NCBI GenBank assembly: GCA_010909165.1
Contig: VJWM01000282.1
Coordinates: forward strand, 72,001-136,000
Direction of reading: 5' to 3'
DNA from: Anthoceros angustus
Lineage: Eukaryota; Plantae; Anthocerotophyta
Length of the DNA: 64,000 nucleotides
Shown here: piece by piece, positions 34,354 through 46,160 of the stretch
Position numbering within the stretch: the first letter of the stretch is position 1
Layout of the letters: every line of letters begins with the position of its first letter
The notes under the pieces: model-generated
Seen by the model: only the letters and a program-made list of their open reading frames with translations
The model's database searches: none
What the model was told of the DNA's origin: nothing
Position numbers and translations under genes: made by a program

Positions 34354-37300
34354 TTAGGATTGGTTTTGCTTGGCCTCTGGGTAGCCCTCGTGGCTGCCCA
34401 TGCCCAAACTTTTCATGTGCCTGTTGTGTGCGTCCCTACTCAGGGCTTTTGTGAACAAATCTGCTGGATTGTCTGCTGTTGGTACATACTCCAGTGTAAT
34501 CTGACCTGATTTGATAAGATCCCTAATGAAGTGGTATTCCACTTCCACGTGCTTTGTGCGGGAGTGAAAAACAGGGTTCTTGGCCAGGTTCATGGATCCT
34601 TGGTTGTCGGTTCTAATAGTGGTGCAAGTAGGGAGTGGCAATCCCAGCTCCTTAAACATTAGCTTGCACCAAGCTATTTCTTTAGCAGCAGATGTGAGGA
34701 CCCGATATTCACTTGGTCTTTGGAAGTTGCAAGTGGTTGCTTCTTGCTTGACCAGCATATGGGCCTCTGCCACCATGACAACGTGCGGACACGACCTCCG
34801 TGTATCTATGTCACCGGCATAATCGAGTCGTATATACGTCCGACTCAAGTGGTGTGCGGTATGTGTCGAATCGAATCCCAATGTTGGATGTTCCTTGGAT
34901 ACCTAACCACCCTCTTAACACCAGTCATGCGTTTGACCAGGTTCTCGAGGTATTGCGAGCACACTTGGTGTAGGCTACATCGGTCGTGTAGTGTTGGCGA
35001 TAGATAAGTTTGCCAACTCCCCTTTCAGAGGGGACCGACCTCATGTCTTCTATGTCCTTTTTGGTTTCGGGACACATGGACTTGCTAAATTTCGATCCGG
35101 ATGGCGGTGGAGTCGCTGGATTTGCATCCTTCAAGCCAAGATGTTCAGCACATTCTAACAGGTATCGAGGCTGTGTGAGAGATATAGATCTGTTTTTTCT
35201 ATCCCTCTGAATAAGGATTCCCAGGCAGCTCTGAAGTGCTCCAAGGTTAGTCATTTCAAACTTGGTAGATAGCAGCTTGTTAACTTTGGTGATGAATGTG
35301 GGGCTATTGCAGGATAGAATCAAATCATCAACATACACTGCGAGATAGCACACAACGTCACCAGATCTGTAAACATACAGGCTGCTGTCTGAAACACATT
35401 TCACGAATCCAAGTGCACGCAGTTCTTCATCCAGGACAGCATTCCACTCTAATGCTGATTGCTTCAGGCCATAGAGGGTTTTTATTAGGCGCAAGACATG
35501 ATCTTCCTTGCCTTTTACTTCGTATCCTGAGGGCTGCTGCATGTAGATTTCGGTGTCCAACTTGCCATGTAGAAATGCGGTCTTTACATCAAACATGTCT
35601 AACTCGTAGTCTTGATGTCTTGCCGGGGCAGATTGTGCGAAAGGTGGCGGCTTCATCACAGAGCATATGTTTGAGTAATCGAGACCCGGGCACTTGCAGC
35701 CACGAGCTACAAGTCGTGCTTTGTACCTATCAAAACTTCCATCAGCCTTTTACCTTTTTGAAGACCCACTTGCAAGACACCACCTTACGTCCGAGGTAAC
35801 TTAGCTAGTTCCCATGTTCCATTTTTGATCGTGAATCATATTCTAATTGAATTGCCTTTTCCACTCTGCGGCATCGGGCGGCTAAGAGCTTCTTCGTAGG
35901 ATTGAGGTTCGATAGGATCCGAGGAAGTGGCTGCATTAGGTTGGTTTTCTAAAGTCCTGTGATAATGTCGGTGCCGTCTATCTCTTGCGGGATAACGGCG
36001 CTCGGGTTGTGGTGGAGCTTGAGCAAGGGTTGAATCTCGGTTCAACCTGCATCCTTGTCGAAGATGAGCATCTTGACCTCATCCTCGTCAATGTCGGATC
36101 GGTCGTGGATCGGGTAAAAGGTCTGGTTCGTTACTCTGGAGGAGGTTCTTTCTGCAAATGTTCAAGCAAAATTTTCGGTTCATCTCCTTGCTCCGAGCAT
36201 CATTTCTTGTTCTTCCCCCCTGGGAGCAATCTCCGCAAGAGCGAGAATCATCGAAACGATGGCGGGGCAAGGTAGAAAGATCAAAGTCCTCCTGTGGGAG
36301 TAGCTCCCACTTCGCCAAGTTCGACCTTCATCAAAGGTCACGCTCCGTGCATAGACCACCTTGTTCGGTCGTCATACGACTTATAAGCTTTTATACCTTG
36401 AGTATCCTATCATGAGGTACTTCTTGGCCTTAGCGACTAACTTGGTTGCTTGGCCTTAGGGATGAAAGCAAAAGCGATGCATCCGAAAGTGCGAAGATGT
36501 TGGATAGGTGGCTTGCGCCCATAAAGCTTCAAAGTTGTCCAATCACGGCGGTTGTAGGCGATCACATTGCGTAAATACAATCATAAGGGCTTGATAGGAT
36601 AGTGGCAAAGAGGCTTGGTGAAGCATAGAGGAGACCATCTCCTGCGGTGTCAAGTTCAAGCGCTCGGCAGCGCCATTACATTGCGGCGTATACACAAGTG
36701 TGCCTATCCCTTCGTCCTTCTGATGCGGAATTAGATGTGAATTCTCCACCATTGTCTCGAGCGTAGGACTTTCGGTGATTTTCCTGTCCATCTCTCACAA
36801 GTTTCATGTAGTCTTTGAGCAGAGAGAAGCATTCACTTTTAGCTTTCAAGATGTAAGCCATGACAAATCTCGTCTTGTAAATGCAGCAGATGTAAGTATC
36901 GGCCACCGATTGAGGGTGCGAGTGGCCCACATATGTCGATGTGCACAAGTTCAAGCACTTGGGGCTGTGAGGAGTCTTGTTCTTGAAGGCTGCTTGATGA
37001 CGTTTGGACAGACACAGCTTCACGGAGAGGTAAGGATGGCGCCAATTTTACCATCAACATGCAGTCACTAGCGCTAGTTTTTGCAACTTTGCGTGAGGGT
37101 GACCTAAGCGTGCATGCCATAACCTAGCTTGTTCTTCTTGCTGTCTCGAGGACCTTGAAGCTAGGCTAGCCTTGGCATGGGGTGTGAGTGTCGATCTAAA
37201 GAGATCATGGTCGATGATCCATAGGCTAGGATTTTGCGATGATCAAAAGCATCTATAATCCTACGATTACAGCCGGAGTGAAGAGGATGTGACTTTGATT

Positions 37301-38460
37301 ATCCATGTTCAACCTTCTAGCAATCAAGTTTCTTGTCATTTCGGGCACATGATACACATCAGCAAGAGTGTGATGCACGAAGGGACGGTAGCTTGACGGT
37401 GCCAACACCGACACGCAAGCCTACTATCGTCACCTAGGTAAACAAATCATTGTGAACTAACTTTTGTATGTGATGAATGAACAAGCAGATGTATGTTTTG
37501 CACATCAAGGAACCACTCCTGTATGGGTTTGCCTTGAGTATTTGCGAGACAAGCATGTGGGGTTAGCAAGAGGGTAGGAAAACTCCTGGTCCCTACGGTG
37601 AAATGAGCCTTGTTTAGTCACCACAACATGTGTCGAAGTGAGTTGCCCTCCTTGCGAGGTACTCAGGCTTCTTCGACACTCGGACTCCCAATGGCACTGA
37701 ATTTGGCACGGTGGCACTTTCCAGCCTTCTTGGGCTTCTTTGGTGTAGAGACTCCTTCGAGCTACTAGCACCGAGGTATTTTGTCTACCTCGAAGTTGGG
37801 CTTCTTGCCCTTTCCTTTGTTGTTGTTAGTGTACAAAGCTTCTTGCAGAGCGTTTGAATTGTCCTCTTGTGACTTCTTCAGAAGAGCTCCCACTAATTCA
37901 AATGTTGTTTTGGGAGATCAACACTGCGGCTGGGCAATCTTCCGCCCTTGTAGTTGCGAGGTGTTGAATGAGGTCACGAAATGTGCCCAAGATTCGAGTG
38001 ACATCATGAAATGCAGAATGAGAGCACGGTCCTTCACACTATCACTGCGGCACTTTCAAACTTGGAGACTAGGGATAAGGTAGTCGTGTTTTCAATGGAT
38101 TCTCCTTCTTTCATCTTCAAGTTTTGTATGTTGCGGCGTGTCATTTGACTTGTGTCATCGGTTCCCAAATAGACTTTGGAGCAGCGTCCAAATATCGGTG
38201 AGGTTTTGCAACGAGGTGTCTCAACATGTCGTCGACAGACCACTCCGTGGGAGGAAGCTGTGACTTCGTCCTTTATGGTCCAAGCATCAAGTGCCTTGAT
38301 CGGTGAGGGGTGCCATTGAGACTTTGACGTCCCATGAACCACCACTGGCGCTTGTTTTGAAGGGCACGCATTCTAAGTACCCGGATGTCATAATCGCCCC
38401 ACAATCTATCCTTCTCTTTGAATCCCTCCCGCTAAATTAGAGTCACCCATGTTTGGGGTA
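34354..38460 (-). pseudogene. gag-pol: Copia-2 gag-pol (frameshifted)
   Basis: NLKMKEGESIE (gag UBN2-like), LELVHIDICGP, RDNGGEF, YTPQCNGAAERLN, EPQSYEEAL, DVKTAFLHGKLDTEIYMQQP...YLAVYVDDL, and TDNQGSMNLAKNPVFHSRTKHVEVEYHFIRD. Confidence 0.97.
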
Positions 38461-39492
38461 TCGTTAGTCCCCTCACGGTGAGGATTTTATGGATGAATTT
38501 CTAATGTGTGACACCTGTGAAGCTAACGTGTGAGGATTCGAGAAGAGTTATGATGCTACACGTGCATCGAGGATGGGCTGCACATGCAGCCTTTCTGGTA
38601 AGATGGGTTCGATGCTGGTCACCCAAATTGACCAACTCCTATCTACCTTTTCCCTTAATGTTGTGTTTCCTAATCTCCCGATTAAAGGAATAGGTCATGC
38701 AGATGGACACGAGTTTGGATTCTCAAATTTGTGATGCTTGTTAGTTTTGTAGCATGCTTACAAGGTCCCTCGATTGCGAGGTTAGCAAGAAGAGCGAGCC
38801 TCAACAAAGCAAGCAATTTGAAATCCAAGTGACCAATCGATCCGAACGATTGTAAGTCCTCGAAGCAGCAAGCTTTCGACTTATGTTTTCAAAGCGTCAT
38901 CTACATGTCATTGTTGTGATTCTAGTCTAGAACTTAAATGTGTGATCTTTGGTATGTGGTGCTACGTTTGTGGTTAGGAAACCCGAGGATTGCCGTTACC
39001 AACAATGGCGGGTTGCACATTTGGGAGATTGTGAGTCCTCGGCGGAGGCGGCGCGATGGTGAAGATCGGCAGTAGTTCTTCTCCTGCGTTCTCTTGCGCA
39101 CCATGTTGTATTTGGCGATGCGCCATCCGGGCCGTCTGCCCGTCACGAGGATCGGCCATTCATTTGGCCAAATTCTTGTGTTTTGGAAAATTCCAAGAAA
39201 CATATTGTAATTTTATATGATTTTATAAAGATATTTGCCATACGGCGATCGTTCTAGCGTGTCGATGACAGATTGCTTTGCAACAATCAGCGATGATGCT
39301 TAGAACTCTAGAAATGCAAAATTTCTATTAACAAATCAAGCAAAAATAGCTACAAAAGGTTTCTCAAACATTTTCTTGATTTCTTATTAGAAACTAATTT
39401 CTAATCAAGAAACAAACACAAAGAACATTTTATGCACATCAACATGTGCACAATTTAATGTGCATTCTTGTGAATGCAATGCACCTAGCATT

Positions 39493-39752
39493 GCTCGATA
39501 CCATTACGAAATATGGAAATGGTGCAAACCAATTGAGTATTTATCAATTACATTATTGTAGAAAACAAGAAAGCATTAGTAAATTGATTGTAGCAACTAG
39601 ACTTATTCTAGTAGCCAAGAGACATGACCTTTGGCCTAGGGACGTAACCCTAATGAAAGGGTAAGCTAAATAAATTCAAGCTATATACACACATACACTA
39701 GATAGCTAGATATAATAACTATAAGTAATAACTCAACACTCTATCTTCAATA
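39493..39752 (-). repeat. Copia-2 PBS remnant and 5' LTR
   Basis: Minus strand reads TATTGAAGATAG...TTTCGTAA, then TGGTATCGAGC (iMet PBS missing one base). Confidence 0.93.
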
Positions 39753-42400
39753 CGGTCCGCTTCCTCGTCCCAAGGTATCTTTCGGCGAAGTACATCCACT
39801 CGTGTGCACCGTCGAAACCTGACTACCTCGTCCACTAGATGGATTATCAGGTGAGTGGATATATCAAACATTTTTGGAGGGAATTGCTTTTCCAGATCGC
39901 ACATTACCCTCGCTGCCTCCTCTTTCATTGCTTGGATTTCATGGCCCGGTATTGTCCGTTGGCAAATCCACTGTCTGTAACCCTAACACCGCCTTGTACA
40001 CACATCGGGGTCTATGCACCCTCGGAGGACAATAGGGAAGACTACTTCCATCATTATGTGCGTGGCACTTCGACTCAACCTTGCCGCTCGCGATTTTCGC
40101 AGCTATGTTAGATCCGTACCCGTTGGCGACTTTATGCGTTTCATTTCCGCATAATAACCCGTTTGATTCCTCTCGACCAGACATATGCCGGGGCAATGGC
40201 CATCCTCCTCTGAGCCATAACCACCCTTTCCCTCCACTCGCTTCCATGTCCATCCGTGAGGCTATGTCATCTCGGTCTCCACATCGTATGCCAAATGGCT
40301 TGGCGTTGTTTTCTCGGCGTGCATAACGTCCTTTGGTGCCCATTTCAAAGAAACCGCCAAGATGGGAGGTCTACAAACAAGGCCGACCTTCTCGGGTTCC
40401 AAACCGGCCTCGATGCGCAGTCCGTCCGGGTCGCGTTCACTCGGTGCCATATCTTGATGACATCGACGAAGATGGCGGCGGGCGGTGGGGGCGATACTGC
40501 CACTCCATTGTACCAGCCCGTCACCGTCCCGTCGCGGAAGCCACCTCCTAAAACCAGCATATATTTCTTTCTTCAAGTCCAAGAATACCGTGAATCCAAG
40601 TCCTCCCAATCAACACATGCACGGGCCCCTCACTTGCAATCCTCGGTCCCAAGGCTGGTAATCGCTATGATGCAAAATCGCTGCTCGTAGTTTGAAATGC
40701 CTGTTTGGATGGTCCGCCGGTTTTGAGAAGTCTTCCGTGTCCACGCCTCTCCAAAGGTCCTGCAGGTCCTCTATTAAAGGCGCCATAAAGACATCGAAAT
40801 TCTTGGCGATACTAGGCCCACGCACAATCAACGGCATGATCACATTTGCGTCCTTTGTGCTCGCCCATGGTGGCATATTGTGCACGAACAACAGAACCGG
40901 CCATATGGATGTGTTTGCAGACCTGTGGCCAAATGGATTGAAGCCATCTATGCACAATGCAAACCTCACGTTTAGTTGCTCTTCCCCAAAGCTCTACTCC
41001 ATCAAGAGCTGTCAAGCGGTGTGTCACCATGATGGTCATGTCCCCTCCGGCTCTGTTTCCCACATACCATGTCATCATCTCTTGTATGTGGCATTTGAAA
41101 CATTCGCAGGCGTGCCTTCAACGGAAAATGCCAAAGCACCTTACGCAGTATTTCATCTTCCTCATCAAACCCTTCCCTAAAACCGTGGTGTGTCGCATTA
41201 CGGGCTGCGTGTGGTGCGTACTCTCACATAAAACGGTCCCTCTCACGGTGGATTTTCGTACCTTGGCCCAAACATGTATAAAAGTGCCTTGGCCTCGTAC
41301 ATGTCTTTGGGCGGCAGTTCCGTGGCGTAATATCGGTGGCAATTAGCCGCAAAGTCCATCATGGCGTCGCGATGTCATACATTGATTGCCAAGACAACAA
41401 TAAGAGTGTGGCGCGCGCTGCTTTCCTTCGAACCATGCCCTTGGGGATGTGGTACAAGGCGTTTCACCGACGCCTCTGGCATCGCTTGCCCTCCCGTTCG
41501 CCCGGGTCGGTTGCCGCCAACAACTCATCCACGTGTACCGGTGGGCAAGTCCTCACCATCCGTCCTCTTCCGAACTAATTATTTGCTATCATTAGCATCG
41601 CTTTGACGGTGCCCTCGGACATATGTGACACCGTGTCCGGCGGGATGCATGGTGCCCACCATACGGTTGCCCATGCCCATCGTCACCCAATTGTGCATGG
41701 GCGGCTGCCATTAACCACAACAATTGAACCATATGGAGCGTGATCGAAGGTCACAATGGTCCGTGCAGCTGCCCTTGCATTACTTGGCGAAGGCAATGAA
41801 CTCGAGACGTGAGCTGGAATACGGCCCGCGGCGCTGCACGCACTCTCGGCAAGGAAACATGTACGGCATGCATCTCGTGGCATTCTCCCGCTGCGTGACA
41901 CATGGATGACGCGGAAGAAGAACTGGCGGGGAGGAAGAACTTCAGGTAAAATGGAAGCGTTTCCGCACTCAAGCGATTCGGAACAAAAAGTAGCGTGCAC
42001 AAGAACAGCTGCTTTCCACCATGGACGGCACGGTGGACTCACCTGACTCTGACCTCGTTGCCTCTGGGAACAGCAGCTCCGAGGATGCGTCGCTGCAGAG
42101 CTAAAGCATCCGCAGCTATGTGTCGACAATGGAAGCCTCCGACAGCACCCTATGGTGTTCTCACCAGAATCAAGCGTTGCGAGACATCACCAGCATGTCT
42201 CGCGCACGCCAAATGCCACCGCCAGACTCCGACCCCGAGCCATCGAGTGGCATGGAACGCGACTTGTGGGTCCGTGTTTGGATTACCGTCGAGCTCCGCA
42301 GAGTGCCGGGAAGGCGAGTTCGTGCACCGAGATGTCTTCCGGATGGACGCCTCGGTCGTCGCCGGCCACCAATTTGCCCTTCGAGCGATGGGATAGAAAG
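39753..42400 (-). pseudogene. CACTA transposase (TnpD/Tnp2) copy 2, 5' and central part
   Basis: ORF 40610-40969 RFALCIDGFNPFG...SIWPVLLFVHNMPPW...DVFMAPLIEDLQDLWRGV...FKLRAAIL (Transposase_21), 39719-39928 CDLEKQFPPKMFDISTHLIIHLVDEV (DUF4218), and TMGMGNRMV (GMGY-x2-IHAC-like) near 41680. Confidence 0.93.
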
Positions 42401-44699
42401 GGATGACGGTCGGTCGATATCGAGGTTGGGGACAACGGTCGAACGGTCGCTCGTGGGTGACTCCACTTGTGCAACATTCAATGTCATATGTTTGGCGGGC
42501 CACCATTTGACGGTGTCATGCCTTGTGTCAAGAATGCGGTGAAAGGCAAAACATTTCGAGGCGCCACCATCGCTAGTGTGCATAACCTCCTTTATCGCAC
42601 TTTGTCTGGCGAGCGTGGAGCTCATGCTCTCGAAATCTCGGTAGAGCTCCCAAGCGAAAAGCGGACACGCACCCAATGGCTGCAAATCGCGTCCCATGCC
42701 GCCGTCCTCCCTCTCCTGTGTCCATGCCCCTCGTGGATCTTCATCCACAGTGGGCGTGCATCCGATGTGAACCCTCCACATCTGCAGTTCATTCTGTCCA
42801 AAAACAGACGACTTAGTCTGCACAACATCTCCGACTTCGTGCACGGCCTTTGCAAGAATTTCAGTTCAGGTCTCCGGTGTGCCTCTTCTTCCCAGTGGAC
42901 TCCCCCCTCGGCCGCCTGAGGGGTTGCTGCGCCCGCAGCGAGCCTGCGCATTCAACCACACGTCGATTTCCTCTTTCCTTCGCCTCACGGGGACGATGGC
43001 CTCGGACGTCGCCCCTCGCTCCCTTCGTCTTCCCTTTGGACCTCCCCCGTCCTTTCTTTCGCGGCTGCGGATATGAACTCCTTCCTTTCCTAACGGGTCC
43101 ATGTCTCGCGACACACATTCCGCACTCGGTTCCTTTTAGAGCGGTGACCTTACGCTTTTGGGCAAGGTGTGCGGAATTAGTAGCCTTTGTTTAATTCATG
43201 TCCATCCTCACGGCGCTAAGACCAGCCACAATCGGAAGTTGAAGGCAATCATGACCCACGTCACACGGAAATGTCATGGATGCGGTTGGTAGTGTCACCG
43301 ACGGTATGGAGGGGCACCACTCCATACCCCTCCATTCCGCCAACCAGACCTCACAGGTGCCCGTTTCTTTATTTCCAGCCACCAAGTGTCTGATTCGATT
43401 CGGAAAGGACATTCCGGCAAGGCGTTCCCACCACACGCACCTCGACCTCCGAGGTGTACACCTCCCTCCCTCCACCAGCATGTACCTATGAAGAGGATGT
43501 GCCGGGGAGGGGAGGTGCATACAGTCCTTGATGGCACAGACGGAGAGCAACCTTCCGTCCGTCGTCCTTCGGGGCAATGGATCGGAGAGCAACCTTCCGT
43601 CCATCGCCCTGATGGCCATCGTGTGACGGCTGCCGGTCCAATCCTTCATAGCCATACTCGGTGCCTATCTAGGAGCCCACAACCTCCGCACACACCGCAA
43701 TGTTGGAAGGAAGATAGTTGAGCACGGAAGGAAAAGGCGGCGCATGGGAACCAAAAACTATTGAACGCAATGAGTGAAAAGGGTGAATCCCCGCGACACC
43801 TTGGGCCGGCACAGGTCATGGACGCAGTTCCACACAAACTAACCCGGCACGAGATCCGGCGGGGGGTGGTCGAGACACGAACTCCAAGGCGTTGGGAGGC
43901 TTCCACTTGGCCATTGGAACGGGGTTCCAAAAAGGGCGAGGATACACACAGCCAGCCACGGGTCCTTGGCCATCGAGTTCGTGGAGGTGTCCAAAGTGCA
44001 AGCCGTAGTATGCCCATTCGGAGGAGATACGGGTCACATCTGCCGTGGACACTAGGGACGAGGGCTCGGGCATACCGTGCCTGCCAAGGAGGCGGGGGGG
44101 CGCCGAGAGAGGAACGGGTGGAGACGCGGGTGGGGAGGGGTGGAGGGGAGTGATGTGGGGTTCACGGTAGGCCTCAAAGCTGAGGAGGAGACTTAAGCAA
44201 GAGCTGGAGCTTTTCGACTGCGTCGTGAGTTCGTAGTTAAAGCAAATCTCGGGAGAAGAGCCGATTTCTACATAGCTGCCTCCCGGAACATCGGTTTACG
44301 GTTGGGAGAATCTGCGATATCGGTCCGTTATGCGACAAGCTTGCGAGGCGAGCATTGGGCCGCCCGACAAGCCCGTCGCCATGGCGACCTTTGGCGGTGG
44401 TGTCGCCCGGCGATGGCGTGAGTAGCGGGTTTTCGGAGGTAAGCATAATTAACAAGCAATGCAGCTGCATCGAACAAGCAGGTATAAACCTTGACAATGG
44501 TGCAACGGAGATGGACGGCCCTAGGATCATGGCCACCACCCCAAGTGCAGCTTGTAATGTGGTAGTATGATGACACATATTCATTTCACACCCACGCTAT
44601 CCACGATGCACACCGCGGCCGTTTGCGAGGTGCCTCACAAGTGGCCTTTGCAGGAACGTCTCTCGTGGTCACCGGGATTGTCTTTGGTCCATGATGAGT

Positions 44700-46160
44700 C
44701 AATGCATGTCATGGTCCTTGGATTGGGAAATGCCCATGTCCGCGGTCATTTGTCCTTCATGACATGTACATGCATGACATGGTCCACGGACATCGCATGA
44801 CTTGGGCCATGACATGTATATGCATGTCATGGGCTTGACCATGGCATGCATTTACATGTCATGGCGAACATATATAGTCACGAATATCTCGCTCACACAT
44901 AGCGGCCAAGCACATTTTGGCATTTCGAGGGCCAAGGACAAATGCGACCTCCTGTCATTGCACAAGGATTTATTTGTCCTTGGGCCTCGACATGTGCGTC
45001 ATGGCCCGGTCTTGTCATGTCCTTGGCCCATGACGCGTGCATATACATGTCATGGGCCAAGGACATGATATGACATGTGCATATGCATGTGATGGTCCAA
45101 GGAAACATTTTTCCTTTGACCATGAAATGTATATGCATGTCATTGATGACATTTATATAATAGGCATGGGCCAAGGACATTTATAATTGCCATGGGCCAA
45201 GGACAAATTTGTCCTTGGGCCATGACATGTATATTACAAGGCGTTTCATGGGGCAGGACAACTTTGTCCTTGGCCCATGGCAATGCATGGCATGGTCAAG
45301 ACCAGACATGAACGCCATTTCGTGGGCCAAGGACACATTTGTCCTTGGCCCACTGTAGCATGGTGTGGCCAGACATAAATTTTCATGCCGTGGGCCAAGG
45401 ACAAATTGTCCCCTGCCCAGACATGTAAATTCATGTCATGGGCGAAGGACAAATTTGTCCTTGGCCCACGGAAAGGCGATGCCACATATTGGTGTCTATA
45501 TATGTATAATGAGGTGTTGTAGACTTCATTTGGGAGGACATGCTATTATGAGGACTTAAAACACAAGGAGCGCATGATGAGGTGGCCAAACATGCATGGG
45601 GATGGGCCTAGTTGTCATGGGCCAAGGACAACTTTGAGCTTGGCCCATGACATGTAAATGCATGGCATGGTCTTAACCATGACATGCATATACATGCCAT
45701 GGGCCAAGGACAAAGTTGTGCTTGGCACATGACATGCATATGGATGTCATGGGCCAAGGAAAACTTTGAGCCATGACATGCATGCATGTCGTGCAGAGAC
45801 ATGCATATGCATATATATGACATGACATTTATATACATGCCATGGGCCAAGGACAAAGTTGTCCTTGGCCCATGACATATACATGTCGTCGACATGTATA
45901 TACATGACATGGTCCAATGAAAAATGTTTCCTTGGACCATGTCATATATGCATATCATGTCATCATGTCCGTGGGCCATGACATGTATATGCATGTTATG
46001 GGCCAGGACATGACATGACCATGGGCCATGACATGGACGACTCGAGGCCCAAGGACAAATAGTTCCTTGGGCAATGACAAGCGGTGGCATATGTCCTCGG
46101 CCCTCGAAATGTGAATGTTCTTGGCTCGAAATGTGTGCGAATTTGGTGACTATATATGTC
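44700..46160. repeat. CATG-rich array of ~34-bp palindromes arranged as a large inverted repeat
   Basis: About 13 units of CATGGGCCAAGGACAAA-TTTGTCCTTGGCCCATG. 44871-45130 is the reverse complement of ~45905-46156. Confidence 0.92.

Larger units (their letters stand above)
32996..39752 (-). mobile_element. Copia-2: full-length Ty1/copia LTR retrotransposon (~6.76 kb) nested in the CACTA transposase
   Basis: Near-identical ~250-bp LTRs (32996-33247 and 39504-39752), PBS remnant GCTCGATACCA (39493-39503), PPT CAAGTGGGAG (33257-33248), TSD CGGTC/ACGTC, and gag-PR-INT-RT-RH order. Confidence 0.95.

Noticed and set aside
44900-46100. CRISPR-like appearance (palindromic ~34-bp repeats with 20-45 bp spacers)
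   Set aside because: The spacers are themselves degenerate CATG-rich repeats, the units are variable, there are no cas genes, and the context is eukaryotic TE.
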